NCBI GenBank assembly: GCA_963842695.1 | Contig: CAWJHK010000006.1 | Location: 344,391-408,390, forward strand | Length of the DNA stretch: 64,000 nucleotides | Source: an uncultured Chloroflexia bacterium | GTDB lineage: Bacteria; Chloroflexota; Limnocylindria; Limnocylindrales; CSP1-4 | Direction of reading: 5' to 3' | Shown: positions 1 through 10,991 of the stretch, piece by piece | Position numbering within the stretch: the stretch's first letter is position 1 | Layout of the letters: the number at the start of each line of letters is the position of its first letter | The notes under the pieces: generated by a model | Told to the model about the DNA's origin: nothing | The model's input: only the letters and a program-made list of their open reading frames with translations | The model's database searches: none | Made by a program: the position numbers and the translations under genes

Positions 1-1
1 C

Positions 2-337
2 GACGATCGGCTGATGGCGACGAAGATCACCGCGATCTGGCGTTACGGCTCGCCGGACCTCGATGCCGACGAGACGTTCGAGGCGGTCCGGCGCACGCTG
101 CTCGAGGTCTTCGCCGACCACGACAGCCCGTCGGTCCAGACATCGATCTGGATCATGGCCCGGGCGATCCTCGAGCGACACGATGAGGTCGAGGCGGTCC
201 GCATGGTCCTGCCCAATCTGCATCATTGGCTGGTCGACCTGTCGCCGTTCGGGTTGACCAACGATCGCGAGGTGTTCGTGGCCACGACGGAGCCGCACGG
301 GCTCATCGAGGCGACCGTCCGCCGGGGGGAGGTCTGA
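2..337 (+). CDS. urate oxidase (uricase), C-terminal ~110 aa; 5' end outside window
   Basis: The frame of ORF 14..337 is open to the window edge. The translation ...[38 protein letters not shown] looks like the conserved C-terminal part of bacterial uricases. It sits next to other purine-catabolism genes. Confidence 0.7.
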   Translation, partial: DDRLMATKITAIWRYGSPDLDADETFEAVRRTLLEVFADHDSPSVQTSIWIMARAILERHDEVEAVRMVLPNLHHWLVDLSPFGLTNDREVFVATTEPHGLIEATVRRGEV

Positions 338-339
338 CG

Positions 340-1920
340 ATGGTGGCACTGACGCCCGGGGTCGAGCTGCATCGCGGCGACGTCCCCGGCTCCGACCGGA
401 TCCTGACCTCCGACGCGCTCGCCTTCGTGGCGGACCTGCAGCGCCGGTTCGGCCGCCAGCGGATCGACCTGATCCAGCGGCGGCAGGAGCGACAGGCGGC
501 GCTCGACGCGGGTGTCCGCCCGGATTTCCCGGCCGCCACCCGGGAGGTCCGCGAGACCGACTGGACGGTCGCCCCCGCACCGGCCGACCTCGACGACCGC
601 CGGGTGGAGATCACCGGCCCGGCCGAGCCGAAGATGATGATCAACGCGCTCAACTCGGGCGCCCGGGTGTTCATGGCCGACCTCGAGGACGCGTTGTCGC
701 CGACGTGGGCCAACGTCGTCGGCGGCCAGGCGGCGCTGGCCGACGCGGTGCGGCGGACGCTCACCTTCAATTCGCCCGAGGGCAAGTCGTATCGGCTGGC
801 CGACCGGACGGCCACGCTCGTGGTCCGTCCGCGCGGCTGGCACCTCGTCGAATCGGGCCTGTTCGTCGACGGGGCGCCGGTCTCGGCGAGCCTCTTCGAC
901 TTCGGCCTGTTCCTGTTCCACAACGGCGCCGAATCGCTCCGCCAGGGAAGCGGCCCGTATCTCTATCTCGCCAAGCTCGAGGGCCACCACGAGGCGCGGC
1001 TGTGGAACGACGTTTTCCTGCACGGCCAGGCCGCTCTCGGGATCCCGCGCGGCTCGATCCGGGCGACCGTGCTGATCGAGACGATCCTCGCCGCGTTCGA
1101 GATGGACGAGATCCTCCACGAGCTGCGCGAGCACGCCGCCGGTCTCAACGCGGGCCGCTGGGACTACCTGTTCAGCGGCATCAAGAAGCTGCGGACCTGG
1201 CCCGATCTCGCCGTGCCCGACCGGGCGCAGCTGACGATGACCGTCCCGTTCATGCGGGCCTATACGGAGCTGCTGGTGCGGACCTGCCACCGGCGTGGGG
1301 CGCACGCGATCGGCGGGATGGCGGCCTTCATCCCGAACCGCCGCGATCCGGCCGTGACCGAGGTCGCCCTGGCCAGGGTCCGCGACGACAAGGATCGCGA
1401 GTCGGGTGACGGCTTCGACGGGACGTGGGTCGCCCATCCGGACCTGGTCCCGGTCGCCACGGAGATCTTCGATCGCGTCCTCGGCGACCGGCCGCATCAG
1501 AAGGACCGCCTCCGCGACGACGTCACGGTCGACTCGGCGGCGTTGCTCGACCTCACGGTCCCGGGCGGTGCGGTGACTGAGGCGGGCGTGCGAGCCAATG
1601 TCCGAGTCGCGCTCGCCTACCTCGACTCGTGGCTGCGCGGGGTGGGCGCCGCGGCGATCGACAACCTGATGGAGGACGCGGCGACCGCCGAGATCTCACG
1701 GTCGCAGCTCTGGCACTGGCGGACGCGGGCCGTCGCCCTGACCGACGGCCGCACGTTCGACGGAACCCTGTACGCCTCGATCCGGGACGAGGAGCTGGCT
1801 CGCCTGGGCGGGGCAGGGGAGGGCCGGCTCGCCGATGCCGCCACACTGCTCGACCGACTCGTGCTGGACGACGACTTCGCCGAGTTCCTCACGCAGAGGG
1901 CCTATTCGCTCCTCGACTGA
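340..1920 (+). CDS. aceB: malate synthase A
   Basis: This is the internal ATG of ORF 226..1920 ([13 protein letters not shown]...), preceded by GGGGGAGG and 3 nt after the uricase stop. The full-length product is malate synthase A-like (...RVEITGP...MADLEDA...[20 protein letters not shown]...NAGRWDY...). The frame is intact. Confidence 0.9.
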   Translation: MVALTPGVELHRGDVPGSDRILTSDALAFVADLQRRFGRQRIDLIQRRQERQAALDAGVRPDFPAATREVRETDWTVAPAPADLDDRRVEITGPAEPKMMINALNSGARVFMADLEDALSPTWANVVGGQAALADAVRRTLTFNSPEGKSYRLADRTATLVVRPRGWHLVESGLFVDGAPVSASLFDFGLFLFHNGAESLRQGSGPYLYLAKLEGHHEARLWNDVFLHGQAALGIPRGSIRATVLIETILAAFEMDEILHELREHAAGLNAGRWDYLFSGIKKLRTWPDLAVPDRAQLTMTVPFMRAYTELLVRTCHRRGAHAIGGMAAFIPNRRDPAVTEVALARVRDDKDRESGDGFDGTWVAHPDLVPVATEIFDRVLGDRPHQKDRLRDDVTVDSAALLDLTVPGGAVTEAGVRANVRVALAYLDSWLRGVGAAAIDNLMEDAATAEISRSQLWHWRTRAVALTDGRTFDGTLYASIRDEELARLGGAGEGRLADAATLLDRLVLDDDFAEFLTQRAYSLLD

Positions 1921-1932
1921 GCGAGGCCCGCG

Positions 1933-3335
1933 TCAAGCTTCGATGTCGCCCCGTTCGACGAACCGGCCGTAGCCGCGATCGCCGACGAACGCGCCGTCGC
2001 GGACGACGCACGGCCGCGGACGAACACCGAGCGGACGGCGCCCGCTGACCTCGAGGCCCTCGTACGGGGTGTAGTCGCTCGTGTGGTGGAGGTCCGCGGC
2101 ACGGATCGTCCGTCGTGCTTCAGGATCGAACAGAACGAGGTCCGCGTCTCGGCCGACTTCGACCGCACCCTTGCGCCCGAGCCCGAACAGCCGGGCCGGC
2201 GTCGTCGAGAGGAGGTCGACGAGTCGTTCGATGGTGATCCGGCCATCGGCGACGCCCTGGTACACCGTGGCGAGCAGCGTCTCGATCCCCGGCGCGCCGT
2301 TGGAGATCCGATCGAACGGCACGCCCTTGGCGGCGTCGGCCTTCTCGACCGCGACGCGGTCGGCGACGTGGTCGGTGGCGACCAGGTCGAGCGTGCCCGC
2401 GGCGAGCCCGGCCCACATCGCCGCGCGGTCGCCGGTCGGCCGGAGCGGTGGCGAGATGCACGCCTTGGCGACCTCGATCGGATCGGCGGCGGCGTAGCGA
2501 TCGTCCGTCAGGGTCAGGTAGTGCGGACAGGTCTCGGCATGCGCCCGCACGCCGGCCGCGCGCGCCTCCGCGACGTGCCGGAGTGCCGCCGCGCACGACA
2601 GGTGGACGACGTGGACCGGCGCGTCCGCGGCGTGCGCGAACGCCATCGCGCGGTGGGTCGCCACGGCCTCGGCCTCGGGCGAGCGGGTGGTCGCGTGGAA
2701 CCGCGGTGCCGTGTCGCCGCGACGCAGCGCTGCCTCGACCGCCGTGTCGATCAGGACCGGGTCCTCGCAGTGGAGCTGAAGCATCCCGCCACGTTCGCCG
2801 AGCACGCGCATCGCCTCGAAGATCGCGCGGTCCGCGAGCCGGAAGTCGAAGACCATGAACGCCTTGGCGGTCGGCACGCCCGCGTCGACCATGGCCGGCA
2901 GCTCGGCGATCGGGTCGTCCATGCCGCCGAGGATCGCGGGGCTGAGCGAGAAGTCGACCGCGGAATCCGACGCCGTGACCCGCCGGAACTCCTCGATGCC
3001 CGCAAGGATCGAGCGATGGGCGGCGGTCGACGACCCCGTGCCCGGGTTGTTGAACGCGAGGAACGTCGTCGTGCCACCGAACGCCGCCGCGACCGAATCC
3101 TGGAAGAACCGGTCCGGCTCGTCGTCAGAGGCCACCCGCGTGTGGGTATGGACATCGACCGCGCCCGGCAGCACGAGCATCCCCGTCGCATCGACCACGT
3201 CACCGAACGCTTCCGGCCGTGCCGGAGAGATCGGCCTCGACGGCCTCGATGGCCCCGCCGCGCACGACGACGTCCGCACGGAACGATCGCTCGGCGGTGA
3301 CGACCGTGCCGCCGCGGATAGAGGAGGTCGGTCAT
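1933..3335 (-). pseudogene. cyclic amidohydrolase of the D-hydantoinase/dihydropyrimidinase type (allantoinase candidate); frame broken twice near the 5' end
   Basis: ORF 1933..3657 carries DVHTH, AKAFMVF, LQLHCED, VHVVHLS and ATDH motifs. The N-terminus has to be read in three frames: MTDLL, then IRGGTVVTAERSFRADVVVRGGAIEAVEAD, then ...FGDVVDATGMLVLPG. The breaks lie near 3320 and 3205-3235. Confidence 0.8.
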
Positions 3336-3349
3336 CGCTGTGCGCGTCG

Positions 3350-3776
3350 TCAGTCGTCGACCTCGCGGATCGAGATCGACTGGGCGCCCTCCCACAGGCA
3401 GCGCCGGCCGACCTCGCGGAGCCGGTCCTCCCAGCCATCGTCGGCGACGACCGTGGCGAAGTGGTTGGCCGCCAGCTGGCCGACCTTCGACGCGGTCGTG
3501 CAGCCGCCGTACGGGAAGAAGATCTCGCATTCGCTGATGCCGCCCGGGTAGATCGCCAGCGTGGCCGGGCGCCGGGTGCGAGGTGTGGTTCTCGTAGTCG
3601 AGTCCCGGCCGGAAGTCGCCGAACGGGATCCACGTCGACTCGCCCGTCCAGCGGCAATGGATGAGCTTCGATTCGATCGGCAGCATCCGCCGGATCGCAT
3701 CGACGGTCCGTGGCGCGGCGGCCTCCCAGCGGGCGTTAAAGTGGAGGTCGCCGACCTCGATCCGCAAGGTTGCCAT
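3350..3776 (-). pseudogene. DUF3830-like (cyclophilin-like) protein; one frame break
   Basis: The N-terminal part MATLRIEVGDLHFNARWEAAAPRTVDAIRRMLPIESKLIHCRWTGESTWIPFGDF... is in the frame of ORF 2751..3776. The C-terminal part TLAIYPGGISECEIFFPYGGCTTASKVGQLAANHF...IREVDD is in the frame of ORF 3350..4081. The break is near 3568. The family call is from memory. Confidence 0.5.
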
Positions 3777-3790
3777 CCACGGAGGATAGC

Positions 3791-4132
3791 GTGGCGCAGG
3801 GCGCGAATCACCCGACCCCGACGATCTCGACGCACGTCCTCGACACCGAGCTCGGCGTCCCGGCCGCGGGCGTCCGGGTCACCCTCTACCGGCTGGCGGA
3901 CGACGGCCGTCCACTGCGACTGACACAGGCCCTGACGGACGACGACGGCCGCGTCCGCGACCTCCTCGAGCGTCCCCTGACGGCCGGCGATTATCGGCTG
4001 GAGTTCGGGTTCGGGAGCGGCGGCTTCTTCGAGCGGCTGAGCATGGACCTTCACGTCACCGACGTCTCGCGGAGCTACCACGTCCCGCTCCTCCGCAGTC
4101 CGTTCGCCCTGACGACGTACCGGGGCAGCTGA
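3791..4132 (+). CDS. uraH: 5-hydroxyisourate hydrolase (transthyretin-like)
   Basis: The product reads ...ISTHVLDTELGVPAAGVRVTLYRL...GDYRLEF...SYHVPLLRSPFALTTYRGS and ends with the YRGS signature. I prefer GTG 3791 (GGAGGA lies 4 nt upstream) over TTG 3770, which would overlap the divergent DUF3830 start. Confidence 0.85.
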   Translation: MAQGANHPTPTISTHVLDTELGVPAAGVRVTLYRLADDGRPLRLTQALTDDDGRVRDLLERPLTAGDYRLEFGFGSGGFFERLSMDLHVTDVSRSYHVPLLRSPFALTTYRGS

Positions 4133-4147
4133 CCGGTCGATTCGGCC

Positions 4148-4182
4148 GTGACACGCAAGCTGTCACGAGCGCCCGGCACAGT
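4148..4182 (+). promoter_or_regulatory. inverted repeat GTGACA-N7-TGTCAC plus a CACAGT -10-like hexamer 6 nt before ATG 4189
   Basis: GTGACAcgcaagcTGTCAC occupies 4148-4166 and CACAGT occupies 4177-4182. The same gCACAGTc box with 6-nt spacing occurs before the S8 protease start. The hexamer departs from TANNNT. Confidence 0.3.
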
Positions 4183-4188
4183 CGGGGC

Positions 4189-5476
4189 ATGACCGCCGAA
4201 CCTCTCCCACCACTGACCGTCGTCGACGGCACCGACGCCGCCCCGGCCGGCGCCCGGATCCGGGTCGACGGCGACCGGATCCACGTCGACCGGCTCGTCG
4301 TCCACGACCCCGCCCTCGCGGGCTTCCTTGCCGAGCGGCCTGCCGACGACCGGCCCGAGCTGGTCGGCCGGGCCCTCCGGATCGGGCTCATCGCGCTCCA
4401 GGACACGGCCGTGAGCGTCGATGTCGACCTCGTCCGCGGCGAGTTCGAGAAGCTGCTCCGTCAGGCCGAGTCGGTCAACGACAAGGCGGCCCAGGCGCTC
4501 GAGCAGACCCTGCGGACGAACTTCGCCGACGGCGACGGCCGCCTGCCACGAACGCTCGAGCGGTTCCTCGGGGACCGAGGCGCGCTCCGTGGGATGGTCG
4601 ACGAGCTGTTCGACCCCTCGAAGCGCGACAGCGCGATCGGCCGGATCGGCTCGATGCTCGAGCGCTACTTCGACGGCGACGCCTCGAAGCTTGGCCGTCC
4701 TTCTCGACCCGACCCGGCTCAACTCGCCGCTCCACCAGTTCCGCCAGGAGATGACCGCCGGCTTCCGCTCGATCGAGGAGCGCCTCGTTGCAATCGAGGC
4801 GGCCGCGGCGGCGCGGGGCGCAGAGCGTGCCCGGTCGGCGGCCAAGGGCGGCGACTTCGAGGACCTCCTCGAGGGCATGCTTGCCGACCTGGCCCGTGGC
4901 GCCGGGGATCTCCTCGACCGGACCGGCACCGAGGCCGGCGCCGTGCTCAAGTCCAAGAAGGGCGACTTCGTGCTGACGCTCGACTCCCGGGTGGCCCGCG
5001 GCTGCGACGTGCGGGTCGTCATCGAGGCCAAGGATCGGCCGATGTCGATGCGGGCGATCCGCGACGAGCTCCGCGAGGCCCGTGAGAACCGGGCGGCAGC
5101 CGTCGCGCTCGTCGTCTTCACGCCGGCGCACGCCCCGACGGGCATCGCTCCGTTCGCGGTCGTCGGCGACGACGTCTACTGCGTCGTCGACCCCGATGCG
5201 CCGGAACCGGCAACGCTCGAGGCTGCCGTCCGGCTTGCTCGCCTGCTCGCGCTCGCCTCGCTCGTCGAGCATGAGGTCGAGGTCGATGCCGCGGCGATCG
5301 GCGCCGCCCTGACCGCGATCCGCGAGCAGCTCGAGGTCGTCCGCACGCTCAAGTCGCAGCTGACCTCGATCTCGAACGCCACGAAGGCCGTCTGGACGGG
5401 CCTCGACGTGATGCGCTCGACCATCCTCACGCGTGTGGCCGAAGCAGAGGCCGAGCTCAGGACCCAGGGCGGATAG
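4189..5476 (+). pseudogene. hypothetical coiled-coil protein with a PD-(D/E)XK-like core; one frame break
   Basis: ORF 4189..5085 (good up to ...YFDGDASKL) continues in the frame of ORF 4421..5476 (AVLLDPTRLNSPLHQFRQEM...). The break is near 4692. A nuclease-like motif is present: KGGDFEDLL...KKGDFVLTLD...VRVVIEAKDRP. Confidence 0.6.
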
Positions 5477-5539
5477 GGCTAGTCCGACCCCTTACGGCAT
5501 GGCTAGGACCCGTGGGACCAAGGAGCCGTAGGCACGGGT

Positions 5540-5557
5540 GGTGCGTGCGCGCACAGT
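5540..5557 (+). promoter_or_regulatory. GGTGCG-N4-CGCACa inverted repeat overlapping the -10-like CACAGT of the S8 protease gene
   Basis: GGTGCGtgcgCGCACA lies at 5540-5555. CACAGT lies at 5552-5557, followed by 6 nt and ATG 5564. This is one of three copies of the repeat (see 17216 and 36130). Confidence 0.4.
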
Positions 5558-5563
5558 CTGTGG

Positions 5564-7941
5564 ATGCGCCGCCGGATCGCCCCAACGCTCCTTGCCGTGC
5601 TCCTCGGACTACCGCTGGCCATCCCGGCCAGTGCCGCCGGTCCCGCTGCGCCACCGATCGTCGAGCCATCGCCTGAGCCGACCCCGAGCGTCGCTCCAGC
5701 CACGGCGATCGAGCCGTCGCCGGACCCGGCTCCGGCCGTCGAGACCGCAACGGAGCCGGCCGCCGCGCCGGCCTCCGCGCCGGGTCGACCGGCCGGCGCA
5801 CCGGACCCGACCGGCCGGTACATCGTGATGCTGCGCAAGGGCGCGGGGACCGCGGCGGCCGTCGACCGGGCCGCCCGCAAGGACCACGTCAAGGCGGATC
5901 GCACGTTCAGCCGAGCGATCCACGGCTTCGCCGCCAAGCTCGATGCGAAGCAGCGACGAGACCTCGCGGCCGACCCGAACGTCGCGGCCGTCGTGCCCGA
6001 CGGCATCGTGCAGCTGACCCAGACCGTGCCGACGGGCATCTCGCGGGTCGGTGGCCAGCAGAGCGATGCAGCGGCGATCGACGGCGTCGACCACCGCGTC
6101 GATGCCGACGTGGCCATCGTCGACACGGGCATCGCCGCCCACCCGGATCTCAATGTCGCCGGTGGGTACAACTGCTCGACCTCCGACCGGACGGCCTGGC
6201 GCGACCGCAACAACCACGGGACCCATGTCGCGGGAACGGTCGGCGCGATCGACAACAGCATCGGGGTCGTCGGCGTCGCCCCGGGCGCTCGCGTGTGGGG
6301 CGTCAAGATCCTCAACGACGACGGCTACGGCCTGATCTCGTGGTACATCTGCGGGCTGGACTGGATCGCCGCCCAGCGCGACCCCGTCGACGCGACCCGG
6401 CCGCTGTTCGAGGCGGTCAACATGAGCGTCACGAAGGACGGCTCGGACGACGGCAACTGCGGGTTCACCAACAAGGACCCGCTCCACCAGGCGATCTGTC
6501 GCGTCGTCGCCACCGGAGTGACGGTCGTTGCCGCGGCCGCGAACGACTCCCACAACGCCGCCAGGAACATCCCGGCCAGCTACAACGAGGTCATCACCGT
6601 GTCGGCGCTGGCCGACACGGACGGCAAGCCCGGCGGTCTCGGCGGCGACAAGTGCTTCTCGTGGGGCAGCTACGACAAGGACGACACGTTCGCCAACTTC
6701 AGCAACTACGGCGCCGACATCGACATCATGGCACCGGGCAAGTGCATCTTGTCGACGATCCCGGGCGGCTACGGCACCATGTCCGGGACGTCGATGGCCG
6801 CCCCGACCGTCGCCGGCGCCGTCGCGCTGTACAAGGAGACGCGCCCAGCCGCGACGCCGTACGAGGTTCGCGAGGCGCTGCGCTACCTCGGCAACCTCGG
6901 ATGGAAGACCTCGACCGACCCCGACCCGGTCCACGAGCCGCTCCTCGACGTGTCCCGGATCGGCGACCTCGGGACCTTCGACTTCGCGCCGTCGCCCGCC
7001 GTGAGCACCGTCGAGGCCGGCACGACGGGCTCGGTGGCCGTCCAGATCGTCCGCAGCCCGACGTTCTTCGAGCGGGTCAGGTTCTCGGTCACGACCCTTC
7101 CTGAGGCTGGTCCCCCGGCCCGGCGGGTAGCGTCATGGGCTGGACCGCGAACAGCGGCGTCGCGTCGGTCGTGGTCCCGAAGGACACGCCGCTGGGTCGC
7201 TACGAGGTCGGCGTCCAGGCGACCAACCAGGGCCGTGTCGTCACGACGGTCGTCCCCGTCGACGTCGTGACCGACGTGCCGACCGCGCATGCTCCCGTCG
7301 TCGCCCTCGCCGGTGGCGGGACGATGGGCCGGTCCGACTCGCGCGTCACGGTCTCGTGGCCCGCGGGCAGCGATCCGTCGAGCGCGATCGCCGGCTACCG
7401 AGCTGCAGATCAGCGTCGACGGCGGCCCGTTCCTCTCGACCGTCAGCACGACCGCGGCGCAGCGCTCGGCCGCACTCATGGCTCCGCTACGACACCGCCT
7501 ACCGGTTCCGCGTCCGCACCGTCGATTCCGCGGGCAACTGGAGCCCGTGGGTCGCCGGCGCGACCATGAAGCTCCACCCGGTCGACGATCGGAGCGCGTC
7601 GGTCGAGCGTCACGGCGGCTGGAACCGGCTGAGCAGCGCCGGGGCGTGGGCCGGAACCGTGATCGGCTCCGGGCGGGCCGGCGCGACGGCGTCACTGGCC
7701 TTCACCGGCCACGCGATCGCGTGGGTCGGACCGAAGGGCCCGCACCGCGGCACGGCCCGCATCTACATCGACGGCGTGTACGTGACGACGATCTCGATGC
7801 GGAGCGCGACGTCGAGCCAGCCGGCAGATCGCCTTCACGCGGTTCTTCCCGAAGGGCGGCAGCCACCGCATCACGGTCCGGGTCGTGGGCGGCGGCAAGC
7901 ACCCGGGCGTCCGACTCGACGCATTCCTGATCGGCCGCTGA
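5564..7941 (+). pseudogene. secreted subtilisin-like serine protease (S8) with an I9-like propeptide and a long C-terminal extension; about 4 frame breaks in the extension
   Basis: The signal peptide is MRRRIAPTLLAVLLGLPLAIPASAA. The catalytic triad contexts are VAIVDTGI, NHGTHVAGT and GTSMAAP, intact to about 7100. The C-terminal part must be read across frames, with breaks near 7103, 7399, 7478 and 7820. It ends ...RITVRVVGGGKHPGVRLDAFLIGR with TGA at 7939-7941. Confidence 0.85.
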
Positions 7942-8087
7942 CCCCGCCCTGACCGCCGGTGCGGGCTGGTGGCTCGTGGCGCTCGGAGTGGCTCCCGGCG
8001 CTCCCTTGCCAGGGTGCGCTATCGTGACCGTCCCGACGTCGCGGGCCGGGAACTCCCATCGACGTTCGGGCGGAACACGAGGTCGAC

Positions 8088-9041
8088 ATGGCGCGTTCGA
8101 TGTGGAAGGGGGCCGTCCAGTTCGGGCTGGTCACCATCCCGGTGAAGCTCTATCTCGCGACGGAGTCCAAGGGCATCAGCTTCAACATGCTCCACAAGGA
8201 CGACCTGTCGAGGATCCAGATGAAGGTCTGGTGCCCGGTCGAGGACGAGGTCATCTCGCAGGTCCGAGACGGTCAAGGGCTACGAATACGCGCCCGGCGA
8301 GTACGTCGTGATCACCGACGAGGACCTCGAGAACGTCCCGCTCAAGACCGTTCGTTCGATCGAGATCGAGCAGTTCACCAAGGCCGAGCGTGACGACAAC
8401 GCCGTCCGCTTCGTCAAGGGCGCCTACTACCTGGAGCCGGACAAGGTCGGGCGCAAGGCGTTCCACCTGCTCAAGTCCGTGCTCGAGGAGGATGGGCCTG
8501 ACGGCCATCTGCAAGGTCGTGATCAAGGACCGCGAGGCGCTCGCCGCGCTCGATCCGTTCGGCGACACGATGCTCCTGTCCACGCTGCACTGGCCCGACG
8601 AGATCCGGGCGGTGGACGAGCTCGATCTCGGCGGGGAGGAGTACGACTTCAAGCCGGCCGAGCTCAAGATGGCGCAGCAGCTCGTGTCGGCGATGACCCG
8701 CGAGTTCGATCCGTCCGCAGTACAAGGACGAGTATCGCCAGGCACTCGAGCAGATCATCGAGGCAAAGGTCCAGGGCAAGGAGACCGTCGTGGTCGAGGA
8801 GCCCGAGGAGAGCGGCAACCTGATCGACCTGATGGCCGCCCTCGAGGCGTCGGTCAGCGCCGCCAAGGCCGCCCGCGAGTCGAGCAGCGAGAAACCGGTG
8901 TCCGTGTCCGAGGCCAAGGAGGCAAAGGCGGCCAAGGCCAAGGCGGCCGGCAAGGCGTCTGCCACGAAGGCCAAGGCGACCGACGAGACCGAGGAGGCCG
9001 AAACCCCCGCCAAGCCCGCCCGCAAGCGCAAGACCGCCTGA
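8088..9041 (+). pseudogene. ku: Ku protein (NHEJ) with a Lys/Ala-rich C-terminal tail; 3 frame breaks
   Basis: The N-terminus is MARSMWKGAVQFGLVTIPVKLYLATE... The protein continues through ...VKGYEYAPGEYVVITDEDL..., ...LTAICKVVIKDREALAAL...LHWPDEIR..., ...YKDEYRQALEQIIEAK... and ends in the tail AKEAKAAKAKAAGKASATKAKA. The breaks are near 8262, 8496 and 8716. Confidence 0.9.
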
Positions 9042-9090
9042 CGGTCGAGCCTGCGACTTTGCGCGAGCCAGCGCTCGGCACACCCGGCTG

Positions 9091-10991
9091 ATGCCCCTCG
9101 AGGAATACCGTCGCAAACGCGACTTCGGCAAGACTCCCGAGCCACCGCCGGGGGCGCCGGCGGCCCCGGCGCGCCGGCTCGTGGCGGCCGCTACGTCATC
9201 CAGCGGCATCGCGCCACCCGGCTCCACTACGACTTTCGCCTCGAGGTCGGTGGCGTGCTGGTGTCGTGGGCCGTGCCGCGTGGCCCGACGCTCGACCCGG
9301 GCACCCGCCGAATGGCCGTCCACGTCGAGGACCACCCGATCGAGTACTTCGACTTCGAGGGCGTCATCCCGGCGAAGCAGTACGGCGCCGGCGACGTCAT
9401 CGTCTGGGACTGGGGCACGTGGGAGGCGGAGGCACCGACCGGCGACGCCCGGACGGCGATCCCCGAGGGCGAGCTCAAGTTCAGCCTCGAGGGCGAGAAG
9501 CTCAAGGGTCGCTTCACGATCGTCCGGACCAGCGGCCGGAGGCGGTCCGCCGACGACCCCGGCGCACGCGCCTTCGAGGACGACCAGGGCGAGCAGTGGT
9601 TGCTCATCCACAAGCGCGGTCCGACCTCGCAACCCGGCTGGGACGCCGAGGACCACCCGGCCAGCGTCAAGACCGGCCGGACCAACGACGACGTCAAGGC
9701 CGACCGCGACGCCCTGTGGATCGGCCAGGCGCCGGCCGCGGCCGCCGAGATCGACCTGACCGGGGCGGTCGCGGGCCCGATGCCCCCGCGGATCGAGCCG
9801 ATGTCCGCGACGCTGGCGGGCCGCCCGTTCTCCGATCCGAAGTGGCTGTACGAGATCAAGTGGGACGGCTTCCGCGTCGAGGCCGTGGTCAGGGACGGCA
9901 AGGTCCGCCAGTGGACGCGCAACCTCAACGACGCCGAGTCGTACTTCCCACGCCTGCTCACGCCACCGACGTGGATCGATGCGCGTGAGGCGATCGTCGA
10001 CGGTGAGGTCGTGGCGCTCGACGATGCCGGACGGCCCGACTTCAGCCTGCTGCAGGAGCGGCTCGGAGAGAAGGGCGCCGGGGGGCTGGTGTACCAGGCC
10101 TTCGACCTGCTGTATCTCGACGGTCGGTCGCTGCTCGACGTCGCGCTCGAGGATCGAAAGCGGCTGCTCAAGAGCGTGCTCCGGCCCCATCCACGGGTCC
10201 GATACGCGGCCCACGTCGAAGGCGAGGGCGTGGCCTTCTACGAGGCCGCCCAGGCCAACCGGCTCGAGGGCGTGATCGCCAAGCTCCGTCGCTCGCGCTA
10301 CGAGCCCGGCCGCCGATCCTCGGCGTGGCTCAAGCTCAAGGTCCGGCCCGAGCAGGAGCTCGTTGTCGGCGGCTGGACCCCGGGCGAGGGCAAGGCCACC
10401 GAGCTCGGCGCGGTCGCCGTGGGCGTCTACGAGGACGGCCGGCTCCGGTTCGCCGGCAAGGTCGGCTCCGGGTTCGATGGCAAGGTCCGGCGGGCTTTCC
10501 GTGAGCGTCTCGAGGCGCTCGAGACCGACCAGCCGCCGTTCGATCCGGCGCCGCCACGCGACTATCGCGGTCGCTGGGGCGGCGAGCTCCGGGACGTCCG
10601 CTGGGTCAGGCCGGAGCTCGTGATCCGCGCCGAGCTCGGCGGCTGGTCGCGCGACGGCATGGTCCGCCAGGCAGCGTTCAAGGGCTTCGACGACGGGCGC
10701 GACCCGTCGGAGGTCACCCGCGAGCATGCGGTCGCAACGGCCGAAGCGGTCCGCGCAGCCGAGGCCGCAGCTCCGGACGATCCACCCGCCGCGATGGAGG
10801 ACCCGCCATGCCCCGTTCAGCCAGCAAGGCCGCGAAGGTCGCCAAGGTCTCGGCGTCCGCCACGGCCGGCAAGCCATCGGCGTCGGAGACACCCGAGCAT
10901 CCGTGGACCGTCACCGACGAGGAGCTGGCCGCCCTCGACGGGCTCGACAAGGAAGGCGTCTGGCGGGTCGGCGGCAACGACCTCAAGCTGA
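9091..10991 (+). pseudogene. ligD: LigD phosphoesterase + ATP-dependent ligase domains; one frame break in the PE domain; 3' end uncertain
   Basis: The PE domain reads MPLEEYRRKRDFGKTPEP...RYVIQRHRATRLHYDFRLE...LVSWAVPRGPT, with a break at about 9140-9185. The ligase domain reads ...YEIKWDGFRVEAVV...GVIAKLRRSRYEPGRRSSAWLKLK... The as-sequenced stop at 10991 overlaps the Pol-domain ORF. The true junction is probably near 10800. Confidence 0.85.
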
